DNA of 64,000 nt from a candidate division WOR-1 bacterium RIFCSPHIGHO2_01_FULL_53_15. GTDB lineage: Bacteria; Margulisbacteria; WOR-1; O2-12-FULL-45-9; XYB2-FULL-48-7. The translations under genes and the position numbers were made by a program. The notes under the pieces are model-generated. The model was not told where the DNA came from, did no database searches, and was given only the letters and a program-made list of their open reading frames with translations. Shown here in pieces: positions 47,447 through 55,809 of the stretch. The stretch is from NCBI GenBank assembly GCA_001772335.1, contig METM01000021.1:57130-121129 (forward strand), read 5' to 3'. Each line of letters starts with the position of its first letter. Position 1 is the first letter of the stretch.

Positions 47447-48748
47447 ATGAGCATTAAGCTAAATCCGACCCATTTAAGGCATTTTCGACCGATAAACACC
47501 ATATCAATCGGTCGGGGAGCGACCGTTGCGTTAAAGGTTGATTTTAACGTGACGATAAAAGACGGGAAGATTCAGAACCCGGAGAAAATTAGAGCCGCTT
47601 TTAGGACTATTGACCATTTACTGGCGTCGGGCGCAAATATTGTAATTTATACTCATCTGGGCCAGCCCAAGAAGGGCTGTGAGGCAAAGACATCCCTGAA
47701 CCTCGTGGCTGATTTCTTGGCCGAAAAATACGGCAGGGACACGGTTATTAACGGGGAATCGTTAATTACGCCGGATGAAAACGGTTTTCTGCCGACGGAA
47801 CAATATATTAATAAGGCCGTGCGAGAAGCCGCGGTCGGCCTGGGCGGCAAGGCCAGGATATTGTTGATGCCGAACGTGAGATGGGCGGCTTATGAACAGG
47901 CCAAACCGACCGATCCCGGTCATCAAGCACTGGCTCAAGCCATGCTGGGACTCTCCGATGGCTTTGCAGTTTTTGACGCCGCGGCGGTCTGGAATAAGGA
48001 GCATGCTTCGATCACAACCATGCTCCGGCTGGCCGGCCTGAACAATATCGCCTGGGGTTTCCATGCTCATGAAATGGCTGAACTGCTGGTGAGAAGGTTT
48101 ACCGGCGACATACCGCGGCCGTATGTTCTGCACATTTCCGGCACAAAGGCGGATAAAATGGGTTATATCCTTGATTTTCTGGGTAACCCGCAAATTGACT
48201 CCATTTTAGTTTCGGGCAATATCGCCAACGGTTTGATGGAGGTTTTGGGCAGGTCTGTCGGCGCCGCGGCGGGAACCTACGGCGCGCCCGAGTTGGAAAA
48301 AGCGAGAAGAATCGTAAACCATCCGCGCTTCGGCGGTGCGGTTTCCCTGCCGGTTGATTTTATTATTGCCAGACCGGACGGGTCTGACCGCCGGTATTTG
48401 GCTCAAGGAGAAATTATCCCCGAAGGCTTCAGGCAGTTTGATATCGGCAGAGAGACCGCTTCTCTCTACGCGAAAATACTGGCTACGGCCGGCCTGGCTG
48501 TTAACTCCGGTGTCCCGGGCGCTTTTGACTTTGGCAACCCGCCGTTTGAAGAGGGGACAAAGGTTGTCCTGCCCGGCTTTGCAAGAGCCAAGCAGAGCAT
48601 TAATCTCGGCGGTGACGGCGGGATCGCCGCGGAAAAATACCTGACGCCGGAAGAGCTGGCGCGGACCGAAGTTTTAGTCGCGGGCGGTTCTTTCCTGCAC
48701 GCCATGGCGCACCAGACCTTCCCCGTGGCCGAAGTATTCTTAAATTAA
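47447..48748 (+). CDS. phosphoglycerate-kinase-fold protein, strongly divergent (PGK-like)
   Basis: 433 aa. ALKVDFNVTIKDGKIQNPEKIRAAFRTIDHLLASGANIVIYTHLGQPKKG~RVDFNVP..G.I..D.RI.A.LPTI..L...GA.V...SHLGRP. Also PNVRW~ENVRF, DAAAVWNKEHAS~DAFGTAHRAHAS, ISGTKADK~GGSKVSDK, NSGVPGAFDF~WNGPMGVFE, LGGDGG~GGGDT and VAGGSFLHAM~STGGGA.LE. Confidence 0.7.
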   Translation: MSIKLNPTHLRHFRPINTISIGRGATVALKVDFNVTIKDGKIQNPEKIRAAFRTIDHLLASGANIVIYTHLGQPKKGCEAKTSLNLVADFLAEKYGRDTVINGESLITPDENGFLPTEQYINKAVREAAVGLGGKARILLMPNVRWAAYEQAKPTDPGHQALAQAMLGLSDGFAVFDAAAVWNKEHASITTMLRLAGLNNIAWGFHAHEMAELLVRRFTGDIPRPYVLHISGTKADKMGYILDFLGNPQIDSILVSGNIANGLMEVLGRSVGAAAGTYGAPELEKARRIVNHPRFGGAVSLPVDFIIARPDGSDRRYLAQGEIIPEGFRQFDIGRETASLYAKILATAGLAVNSGVPGAFDFGNPPFEEGTKVVLPGFARAKQSINLGGDGGIAAEKYLTPEELARTEVLVAGGSFLHAMAHQTFPVAEVFLN

Positions 48749-48828
48749 AAAACTGACAAGTTAATCAAAAGTCGATTGGAATTACGGCTTTTATTTTTTG
48801 GGGAAAATAAAAAAAGGAGGAAAAGAAA

Positions 48829-49896
48829 ATGAGCGGAGTTGGAAAGGCAACGGTTAATTTGATGAGGTTGGGCAGGAACGGGCTGCACGCGCCGGGGCTA
48901 AGATCTGCGGTGATCAAGAATAATTTTAAGGCCGCGCTGGATAGATCGAGGGGCAACGCGACGACTTATCCGATCGATCATATCGAGGAGCACGGGCCGG
49001 CCCACTATTTTGTCCGGGGCATGCTGCGCAGTTTTGATCCGGGCGCGGTAGTCGAAGTCGCCCGCGAGGGGGGCGTTATGGCCATGGCGGTGTTGCCGGG
49101 GCTGGGCCAGCAGATCGGCCAGCTGACCAAAGGCGACATGCCGCTGATCTGGAAGCTTAACCGCGGTTCGGGCGCGAAGGTCAATGGCGATGCTACCACC
49201 GTCAGACTTTACAGTGACGTTGATAAAGCGATGAGCGTTGCCGTTGATAACGGCGCCAGGTTCTGGGGCGCGACTTTTTACAACGGCTCGGCCAATGTTC
49301 CCGACATGATCCAGCAGCTGGCTGAAATGGACGAAGCCGGCGCGCGCCACGGCCTGGGCGGCGTGGTTTGGAATTATCCGAGGGGGAGCGAGATTCCGAA
49401 AGGGCATGACGCGGATATCATGTATCAATTAGAGGGTTTTGAGCGGATAATCAACGCTTGTCCGGGCAGCCTGGTTCTGGTCAAGGAGAAGGTTTCCACC
49501 CTGCCCGGGACGGTCGCGGATTGGGAGGCGGGAGAGATAGAAAAGGTTGGCCGGGGCGAAGGCGCCTGGGGCAAACCCGGGACAAAAGGGGTTAAGGACG
49601 AGGTTGTCCGAACCTTTCTGGCCATGAATCGCGCCGTCCATATCGCCTTTATGGTCGAGCTTCAGCACAATCAGGGGATTGCCAGCTTGATGTCGGGCGG
49701 AGCGCCGCAGGAACGCGAAAAATTCGAAGCCGATCTAAATGACGGTATCGGCCCTGATCGGCATGTCGCGTTCATCGCCGGCCGTTCGACCACCAATGAA
49801 ATAAAGTACCAGGTTGACGAATATGATATTTCCGGCGCGGTCAGACACATGCACATGTTGAGGGACGCGGCGCCGAAAGTTGTCATAGAAGGATAA
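48829..49896 (+). CDS. class I aldolase-fold protein (FbaB/DhnA-like), divergent
   Basis: 355 aa with an AAGGAGG SD. TYPIDHIEEHGP~ILPVDQGVEHSA. GATFYNGSANVPDMIQQLAEMDEAGARHGLGGVVWNYPRG~[47 protein letters not shown]~ADIVKQK (Schiff-base Lys kept). SLMSGGAP and FIAGRS~ILGRK. The E. coli FbaB sequence was recalled from memory. Confidence 0.55.
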   Translation: MSGVGKATVNLMRLGRNGLHAPGLRSAVIKNNFKAALDRSRGNATTYPIDHIEEHGPAHYFVRGMLRSFDPGAVVEVAREGGVMAMAVLPGLGQQIGQLTKGDMPLIWKLNRGSGAKVNGDATTVRLYSDVDKAMSVAVDNGARFWGATFYNGSANVPDMIQQLAEMDEAGARHGLGGVVWNYPRGSEIPKGHDADIMYQLEGFERIINACPGSLVLVKEKVSTLPGTVADWEAGEIEKVGRGEGAWGKPGTKGVKDEVVRTFLAMNRAVHIAFMVELQHNQGIASLMSGGAPQEREKFEADLNDGIGPDRHVAFIAGRSTTNEIKYQVDEYDISGAVRHMHMLRDAAPKVVIEG

Positions 49897-49929
49897 GTTT
49901 GCGATAAGTCAGCAGGAGGGATTTTGGCC

Positions 49930-51420
49930 ATGGCGGGCATATTAGGAGCAAGGAGATTAAATATCGGTCCCGAGATCCGGGCTCGGGCCAGCGCGCTCAC
50001 GGCGCATAACAGGCAGGGGACAGTTCCCCTCCCGGCTTATATCGGACGACCCGGCATGGTCTTGATCTCCGATTCACACGGCGCAGTTGACACTTATCTT
50101 AAGCTTTACGAAGCGCTGCCTTCCACAGTAAGATTCGGCATTGATTTGGGCGACAAAGTTGACCGCGGACCAAGCCCCATTGAAATGAATTATGTCCTGC
50201 AAACTTTACGGGTGAGGCGCGTCCTCGGCAACCACGATGCCATGTGGGTCGCGGCCGGGCTGGGCGTGCCGGCGCAATCCATTGAATTGGTCCGTTGGTT
50301 AATGCGCTATAACGAAGTCGATTTTTTGACATCCGCGCTCGGGGTTGACTTGAAGCCATTGACGCAATTTGCCGGAAGCAGGTTTTCCGAAGGCGCGCAT
50401 CGTATCGATGTGAAATCGAAGCGGTTCAAGAGCGAAGAAGCTGCTGCGACATATTTAAAGATCATTGCTGAAGCAGGGGTTAGGTTCCCAGAACATCGCT
50501 CAACCGAACTTAGTCCTTCTGATCTAAGGATCAGGGAAGCCCTGTTCTTAAAAGGTTCAGCAGAGGCATTAGCGCCTTCTGAAAGGGACATTTTTAACAG
50601 GCTTACAGGCGATGCGCCGTTGAGCGGGGATGACCAATCCTATTTTTATCGTTTGATGGGAGGACTAAAAGTTCTTCAGCCCGAAGAACAAGCAGTTGTG
50701 AATCACTTTGCAAATGAATTCAGAAACAATTATGCGTTTTACCAATTTGTAAAATGGATGGCCGGGGAGGGAGATCTTTATCTTAATTTCCGGATCAGAC
50801 AGGGCTATTCTAGCGACATTCTGGCCTTGCACGCGACGGTTCCGCTCACCGCCGACGGTGAATTGGCTGAATTTGACGGCCGATACGGCAGGGAAGCGCT
50901 GCTGCATTTGAAAGACCGAATACAGCTGGGGCTCGAGGCCTGGAGGCAAATGTTGGAACACGATGATCAGGGACTGCTGGAAATGCATCAAAACGATATA
51001 AGTGTTTTAGGTTTGCTGCCCTGGGACAGGCGATCGCCTATTTACGCGAGGCAAATGCAGACTGCGGCCCGGGCCGTGCTCAATGAAAAGACCGGAACCT
51101 GGGAAGAGCCCAAAGAACCATTCTTTTCTGTTTTTGAGAAAGGGGAAGATCTTCAGGCGCTGGCAAACGCCCGCAGGAATATTGCCGCGTCATTTGGCTT
51201 TAGGAATCCCAATAATTTTGTCATTGTGCGCGGGCATGAGCCAAGCAAGGACGGCATGTTCCAGGTGTTCGCCGGTGGCACTGTCATTAACATAGATGGA
51301 GGCATGGCTGAAAAATACGGCGGCAAAGGCGGCGCACTTGTTATGGGGTCGGCCGGCGCGGCCTGGCTTGCCTACCCAAGCATGAATTACACAAGAGTTC
51401 CCTTGCCGGAATCGGTTTAA
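49930..51420 (+). CDS. metallophosphoesterase of the class 3 fructose-1,6-bisphosphatase type (FBPase-III-like), divergent and shorter
   Basis: ISDSHG, GDKVDRGPSP, LGNHDAMWVAAGLG...LMRYNEVDFL...GVDLKPLTQFA, VRGHEP and INIDGGMAEKYGGKGG follow the order of motifs in Bacillus-type Fbp. The start is ATG 49930, or TTG 49924 as in the ORF track. Confidence 0.55.
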   Translation: MAGILGARRLNIGPEIRARASALTAHNRQGTVPLPAYIGRPGMVLISDSHGAVDTYLKLYEALPSTVRFGIDLGDKVDRGPSPIEMNYVLQTLRVRRVLGNHDAMWVAAGLGVPAQSIELVRWLMRYNEVDFLTSALGVDLKPLTQFAGSRFSEGAHRIDVKSKRFKSEEAAATYLKIIAEAGVRFPEHRSTELSPSDLRIREALFLKGSAEALAPSERDIFNRLTGDAPLSGDDQSYFYRLMGGLKVLQPEEQAVVNHFANEFRNNYAFYQFVKWMAGEGDLYLNFRIRQGYSSDILALHATVPLTADGELAEFDGRYGREALLHLKDRIQLGLEAWRQMLEHDDQGLLEMHQNDISVLGLLPWDRRSPIYARQMQTAARAVLNEKTGTWEEPKEPFFSVFEKGEDLQALANARRNIAASFGFRNPNNFVIVRGHEPSKDGMFQVFAGGTVINIDGGMAEKYGGKGGALVMGSAGAAWLAYPSMNYTRVPLPESV

Positions 51421-51497
51421 CGCCCCGCCCCACCTCTGCCGCCTCGACGGCTTTGCCGTAGGCCATGCGGCCCGGCGGCCTCCCGATAGTTTCATGC

Positions 51498-51526
51498 TTG
51501 ACAAGTAGAGAATTATCGGATATTAT
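51498..51526 (+). promoter_or_regulatory. sigma-70-like promoter TTGACA-N17-TATTAT for the ATPase gene
   Basis: ttgaca agtagagaattatcgga tattat, 30 nt before GTG 51557. Confidence 0.45.
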
Positions 51527-51556
51527 TCTATTCGTCAATTCTAAAGAGGTAAAGCC

Positions 51557-52729
51557 GTGTTATTCCCGAGAGAATCGCTGGAAAAAATTAAAAGGGTCTT
51601 GCCGAGGGAAGAGTTTATCGTCTTAACGGGGGCAAGGCAAACAGGGAAAACTTCCCTGTTGATGCTGTTGAAGGATCATCTGGAAAAAACCGGCCAGACC
51701 GGCCATTATTTGAACCTGGAAAACGCGGAAACGCTTAAAGCCTTGAACGAGCACCCCCTTAATCTTTTTGAGCTGATCCCGGCCGGCAAAACAAAAATGA
51801 ACGTTTTTATCGATGAAATCCAGTATCTTGACAGCCCGACTAATTTTTTGAAACTGCTTTACGATGAAAACAGGGAGCGGGTGAAGATCATCGCCTCCGG
51901 CTCCTCGGCTTTTTACATTGATGAAAAATTTAAAGACAGCCTGGCCGGCCGCAAATTTCTGTTCGAGCTTTACCCATTGAATTTTCATGAATTCCTGGTT
52001 TTTAAGCAAGCCAGCGGATTACTTGGGCAAAAGCTTTCTGTTTATAGCAAAAAAAGAAAAATAAAGCTCTGGACGGAATATATAATTTACGGCGGATACC
52101 CAAAAATTGTTTTAACCGAAGAAGAAGAGCTTAAAAAAATCTTATTGGAGGAGATCGGATCCGCGTATGTAAAAAAAGATATTGTCGAGGCGGGCATAAA
52201 AAATACCGATAAGTATTTCGCTTTATTAAAAATACTGGCGGAACAAACCGGCTGTCTGGTCAATTCCCAGGAGCTGGCGAATACTCTTAATCTGGCGCAT
52301 AAGACCATTGAAGACTATTTGCATGTCATGAAAAAATCTTATCAAATAGCTTTCGTCCGGCCGTTTTATAAAAATCTGCGCAAGGAATTGACCAAGATGC
52401 CCAAGGCGTATTTTTATGATCTGGGATTGAGGAATTTCTTTATGAATGATTATTCAAAACCGGAGCGGCGCCCGGATAAGGGCGCCTATCTGGAAAATGT
52501 TGTTTTTCGCGAATTATTGGGGCGAACAACGGATCGCGATAATATCAAATATTGGCGGACGCAGGAAAAAAATGAGGTGGATTTTGTGGCCGGGAGTCAG
52601 GCCTTTGAGGTGAAATTTGATCTGAAGGGCCTCAAGCGGAAAAAATACAGCCAATTTCAAAAAGAATACCCGGCGATCGAGCTGACATTTTTGGCTTACG
52701 ATACATTGATGGAGTATTTTTACCCTTAA
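51557..52729 (+). CDS. AAA-family ATPase with DUF4143-type C-terminal domain
   Basis: 390 aa. Walker A GARQTGKTSLL and Walker B-like VFIDEIQY. The C-terminal region (KYWRTQEKNEVDFV) is typical of the ATP-binding protein / DUF4143 family. Confidence 0.7.
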   Translation: MLFPRESLEKIKRVLPREEFIVLTGARQTGKTSLLMLLKDHLEKTGQTGHYLNLENAETLKALNEHPLNLFELIPAGKTKMNVFIDEIQYLDSPTNFLKLLYDENRERVKIIASGSSAFYIDEKFKDSLAGRKFLFELYPLNFHEFLVFKQASGLLGQKLSVYSKKRKIKLWTEYIIYGGYPKIVLTEEEELKKILLEEIGSAYVKKDIVEAGIKNTDKYFALLKILAEQTGCLVNSQELANTLNLAHKTIEDYLHVMKKSYQIAFVRPFYKNLRKELTKMPKAYFYDLGLRNFFMNDYSKPERRPDKGAYLENVVFRELLGRTTDRDNIKYWRTQEKNEVDFVAGSQAFEVKFDLKGLKRKKYSQFQKEYPAIELTFLAYDTLMEYFYP

Positions 52730-54367
52730 ATGAACAATCGATTGGCGCCCGTCTATCTCTGCATCCTCGATGGCTTTGCGGTCGGAGAGAACGGCCCCAA
52801 AAACGCGATCTTCGATGCCATCAATTCCGGCAAAGCTCCTTTTATCGCCGATCTTTTTTCAAAACAGCCTTACGCGAAGCTTGAGTGTTCGGGTCTGGCT
52901 GTCGGTTTACCCGAAGGGACAATGGGCAACTCCGAGGTCAATCACCTCAATATGGGGGCGGGCCGGATCGTTTACCAATCGATCGAGCGGATCAACGCGG
53001 CGATCGAAGACGGCAGTTTTTTTACTAACGAAGCCTTAACGGCCGCCGTCAAAAACGCCAGGCAAAATGCTTCCTCCCTTCACTTAATGGGAATATTACA
53101 GGGGCACGGCGGCACCGTCCACGGCAGTATCAAACACCTTTTCGCCCTGTTAGAACTCGTCAAAAGAGCCGAACTCAACACGGTCTATATCCACCTCTTT
53201 ACCGACGGGCGCGATACGAATCCGAAAGCGGCCGGAGAGATCTATTTGAAGATGCTGGAAGATGAGATAGGAAGGCAGGGATTGCAGGGAGTAGCAAGGA
53301 TCAGCACGGTTATGGGCAGGGAAATAGCGATGGACCGCGATACGGCGTGGGATAAGACCCTGATCGGTATGAGGTGTGTGGTAAGGGGCGTGGGGGAATA
53401 TAAGGCCGCGACTGCCCGCGAGGCGATCGAAAATTCCTATGCGCGAGGCCAGACCGACGAATTTATCCGGCCAACCATTATCGGCGGCTACACCGGCATG
53501 GGGCCGGTCGATTCTGTCATTTACTTCAACTTCCGCCAGGACAGGACGATCCAGCTGACGACGGCGTTCTGCGAGACCGATAAACAATACTTTAACTATA
53601 AAAAGGGGACAAAGCCAATTGATGAAGATGTTTATAAACAGATACAAGGTATGAGGGAAGGGGTAAGGGGTATGACGTTTGTCGCCATGACAGAATATTA
53701 TCCGGGTCTGCACGGCCTGACCGCTTTCCCGGAAAAGGAGATCCCCGACACCGTCGGCGAGATCGTTTCGCTCTCCGGGCTCAAGCAGCTGCGCTTGGCG
53801 GGGCCGGAAAAGTTCGCCCACGTGACTGGCTGGTTCTCCGGCCGCCGGACGGAGCCGTTTGAAGGCGAGGACCGCCATTTGGCGCAGGATATTTCGCTCA
53901 AGGAAAAGACCGAAGGCGGCAAACACTACGATTGGGCGCCGGAGATGACCGCTTTTCTTGAAACCGATTTTTCGCTTGGCGCCATCGCCGGCGGCAAATA
54001 TTCGCTTATCGTCCACAACTTCCAGAACTGCGACATGGTCGGCCACACCGGCAATCTTAAAGCGGCGACCGAAGCAATCGTTGATATTTCGTCCTGCCTG
54101 GAAAAGCTCGTGCCGGCCTGGACTTCGAGCGGCGGCCTCTTTATCATCACCGCCGATCACGGCAACGCCGACGAAATGACGCTTGAGAGCGGCGGCAAGG
54201 AAGTCGTCAGCACACAGCACTCCCTCAATCCGGTGCCGTTCTGGGTTCTCGGTAAAGAGATTAAGTTATCAGCTGAGGGTAAAATTCCTGATGTTGGGGT
54301 TACTGTTTTGAAATTGATGGGATTGCCGGTTCCTAAGGCGATGACGGCCAAGTCGCTGATTGCTTAA
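52730..54367 (+). CDS. gpmI: 2,3-bisphosphoglycerate-independent phosphoglycerate mutase
   Basis: 545 aa. Contains ILDGFAVGE, GLPEGTMGNSEVNHLNMGAGRIVYQ, HLFTDGRDT, NFQNCDMVGHTGN and ITADHGNADEM. The ATG immediately follows the upstream TAA. Confidence 0.9.
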   Translation: MNNRLAPVYLCILDGFAVGENGPKNAIFDAINSGKAPFIADLFSKQPYAKLECSGLAVGLPEGTMGNSEVNHLNMGAGRIVYQSIERINAAIEDGSFFTNEALTAAVKNARQNASSLHLMGILQGHGGTVHGSIKHLFALLELVKRAELNTVYIHLFTDGRDTNPKAAGEIYLKMLEDEIGRQGLQGVARISTVMGREIAMDRDTAWDKTLIGMRCVVRGVGEYKAATAREAIENSYARGQTDEFIRPTIIGGYTGMGPVDSVIYFNFRQDRTIQLTTAFCETDKQYFNYKKGTKPIDEDVYKQIQGMREGVRGMTFVAMTEYYPGLHGLTAFPEKEIPDTVGEIVSLSGLKQLRLAGPEKFAHVTGWFSGRRTEPFEGEDRHLAQDISLKEKTEGGKHYDWAPEMTAFLETDFSLGAIAGGKYSLIVHNFQNCDMVGHTGNLKAATEAIVDISSCLEKLVPAWTSSGGLFIITADHGNADEMTLESGGKEVVSTQHSLNPVPFWVLGKEIKLSAEGKIPDVGVTVLKLMGLPVPKAMTAKSLIA

Positions 54368-54555
54368 TATTTTTCTCGAATTTTATCGCTAATCACTATC
54401 ACGAAACTTCTCGAAAGATTGTTCACGAATTGCTGCCCATATCTTACGAATGTTTCTCGAATAATTATAGTAATTCGTGAGAAATTAGTGAAGATTAGTG
54501 AAATGATACGGGATTAATATTTAGTGATAATTAGCGATCGTGATTGGTGATAAGA
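54368..54555. repeat. AT-rich 188-bp spacer built from degenerate words with dyad symmetry
   Basis: The left half has the words TTCTCGAA, TTCACGAA and CTTACGAA. Their complements (TTCGTGAGAA) and ATTAGTGA lie in the right half. The end segment 54383-54405 (ttatcgctaatcactatcacgaa) is an imperfect inverted match of 54521-54554. Confidence 0.6.
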
Positions 54556-55809
54556 TTAGTGTTCAAAAATATGCAAGCTTTTCTTTAGCGCGCTCAGCGC
54601 TGCCTCCTGCAGGCCTTCGGGATAACTGGGGTGCGCCTGGGTCGTGATCGCCAACTGATCGACGGTTAAGCTATTCCTGATGGCCAGAGCGGCCGAACCG
54701 ATGAGAGTATTGGCATCGGGCCCGATGATGTGGACGCCCAAAACCTTGCCTTTTTTGTCAGCCATGACTTTGATGAAGCCTTCAATCTCACCAGCGGCGG
54801 CGGCAATCCCCAGCGCGGCGAATGGGAATTTACCGACTTTTATGTTCGTGTGTTTCTCCCGCGCTTCTTTTTCTGTCAAACCGACGCCGGCGATCTCCGG
54901 CGAAGTGTAGATGGTGTAGGGGACGCAGTTGTAGTCAAACGTCCGATTGCCGCCCATGGCGTTCTCGGAAGCGACGATCCCTTGCTCGTAGGCGACGTGC
55001 GCGAACATCTTTTGGCTGATGAGGTCGCCGACGGCGTAGACGCCGGGAGTTTCGGTTTCCATTTTTTCATTTACTTTGATGTTCTTATCAGCCGGGGTGC
55101 GGCCGACGCAGACAAGAGTTTTGCCGGAGGACAGTGCCGGATCGAACCGGGTGCCGGTCAGAATCTTGATCTTGCGGCGGGAGAGTATCCTCTTAATAAG
55201 CACAATGACTTCTTCATCAATGCCAGGGAGTATTTCCGGCAGGGCTTCGTAGATCGTGACTTCGGTCCCCAGCGAGCTGAACATAAAGGCAAAGTGGAGG
55301 CCGATGACCCCGCCGCCAACCACGTCCAATTTCTTCGGTACTTCTACGCAGTTAAGTATATCGTCGCTTGAGAGAAACTTTTCGCCATCAAAGGAGACGC
55401 CGGGGATGCAGGCGGGGGTAGAACCTGTTGCGAGGATTGTCGCCCGCGCCGGGATGTCGCCGACTTTGCCGACACCATGAATAATTTCCACGCCGTTCTT
55501 CTCCAGGAGAAACTCGACCCCTTTGACGATCTTGGCGACAATCCTGTCTTTGCGTTCGACGACTTTGCCGAGGTCGATCGAAACATCCTTGGCGCTGATG
55601 CCGAAGGTCTCCGCCTTCTGGAATTTCTCAAAGAGAGAGGTGCAGGCCAGCAGCGCCTTGGTCGGGATACAGCCGCGATTGAGGCAGGCGCCGCCGACTT
55701 TGTCTTTTTCGATCAGGGCGACTTTGGCGCCGAGCTGGGCGGCGCGGATCGCCGCGACGTATCCCCCCGGGCCGCCGCCGATAACCGCGACATCAAATTT
55801 ATCTGACAT
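54556..55809 (-). CDS. lpdA: dihydrolipoyl dehydrogenase-like class I pyridine nucleotide-disulfide oxidoreductase
   Basis: 417 aa. FAD motif GGGPGGYVAA, redox disulfide GGACLNRGCIPTK, NAD motif VVGGGVIGL, and a dimerisation domain with HAHPSYPE. It is shorter than a typical Lpd. Confidence 0.8.
   Translation of the reverse strand: MSDKFDVAVIGGGPGGYVAAIRAAQLGAKVALIEKDKVGGACLNRGCIPTKALLACTSLFEKFQKAETFGISAKDVSIDLGKVVERKDRIVAKIVKGVEFLLEKNGVEIIHGVGKVGDIPARATILATGSTPACIPGVSFDGEKFLSSDDILNCVEVPKKLDVVGGGVIGLHFAFMFSSLGTEVTIYEALPEILPGIDEEVIVLIKRILSRRKIKILTGTRFDPALSSGKTLVCVGRTPADKNIKVNEKMETETPGVYAVGDLISQKMFAHVAYEQGIVASENAMGGNRTFDYNCVPYTIYTSPEIAGVGLTEKEAREKHTNIKVGKFPFAALGIAAAAGEIEGFIKVMADKKGKVLGVHIIGPDANTLIGSAALAIRNSLTVDQLAITTQAHPSYPEGLQEAALSALKKSLHIFEH

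Noticed and set aside
48789-48812. A/T-only hairpin (ttttatttt / aaaataaaa) upstream of the aldolase-like gene, considered as a possible terminator.
   Set aside because: The stem is purely A-T, so its stability is very low. It is more likely just an AT-rich spacer preceding the SD.
53150-54220. 356-aa ORF antisense to gpmI.
   Set aside because: gpmI on the plus strand has unambiguous iPGM motifs. The antisense product has no motif and a composition typical of a shadow ORF.
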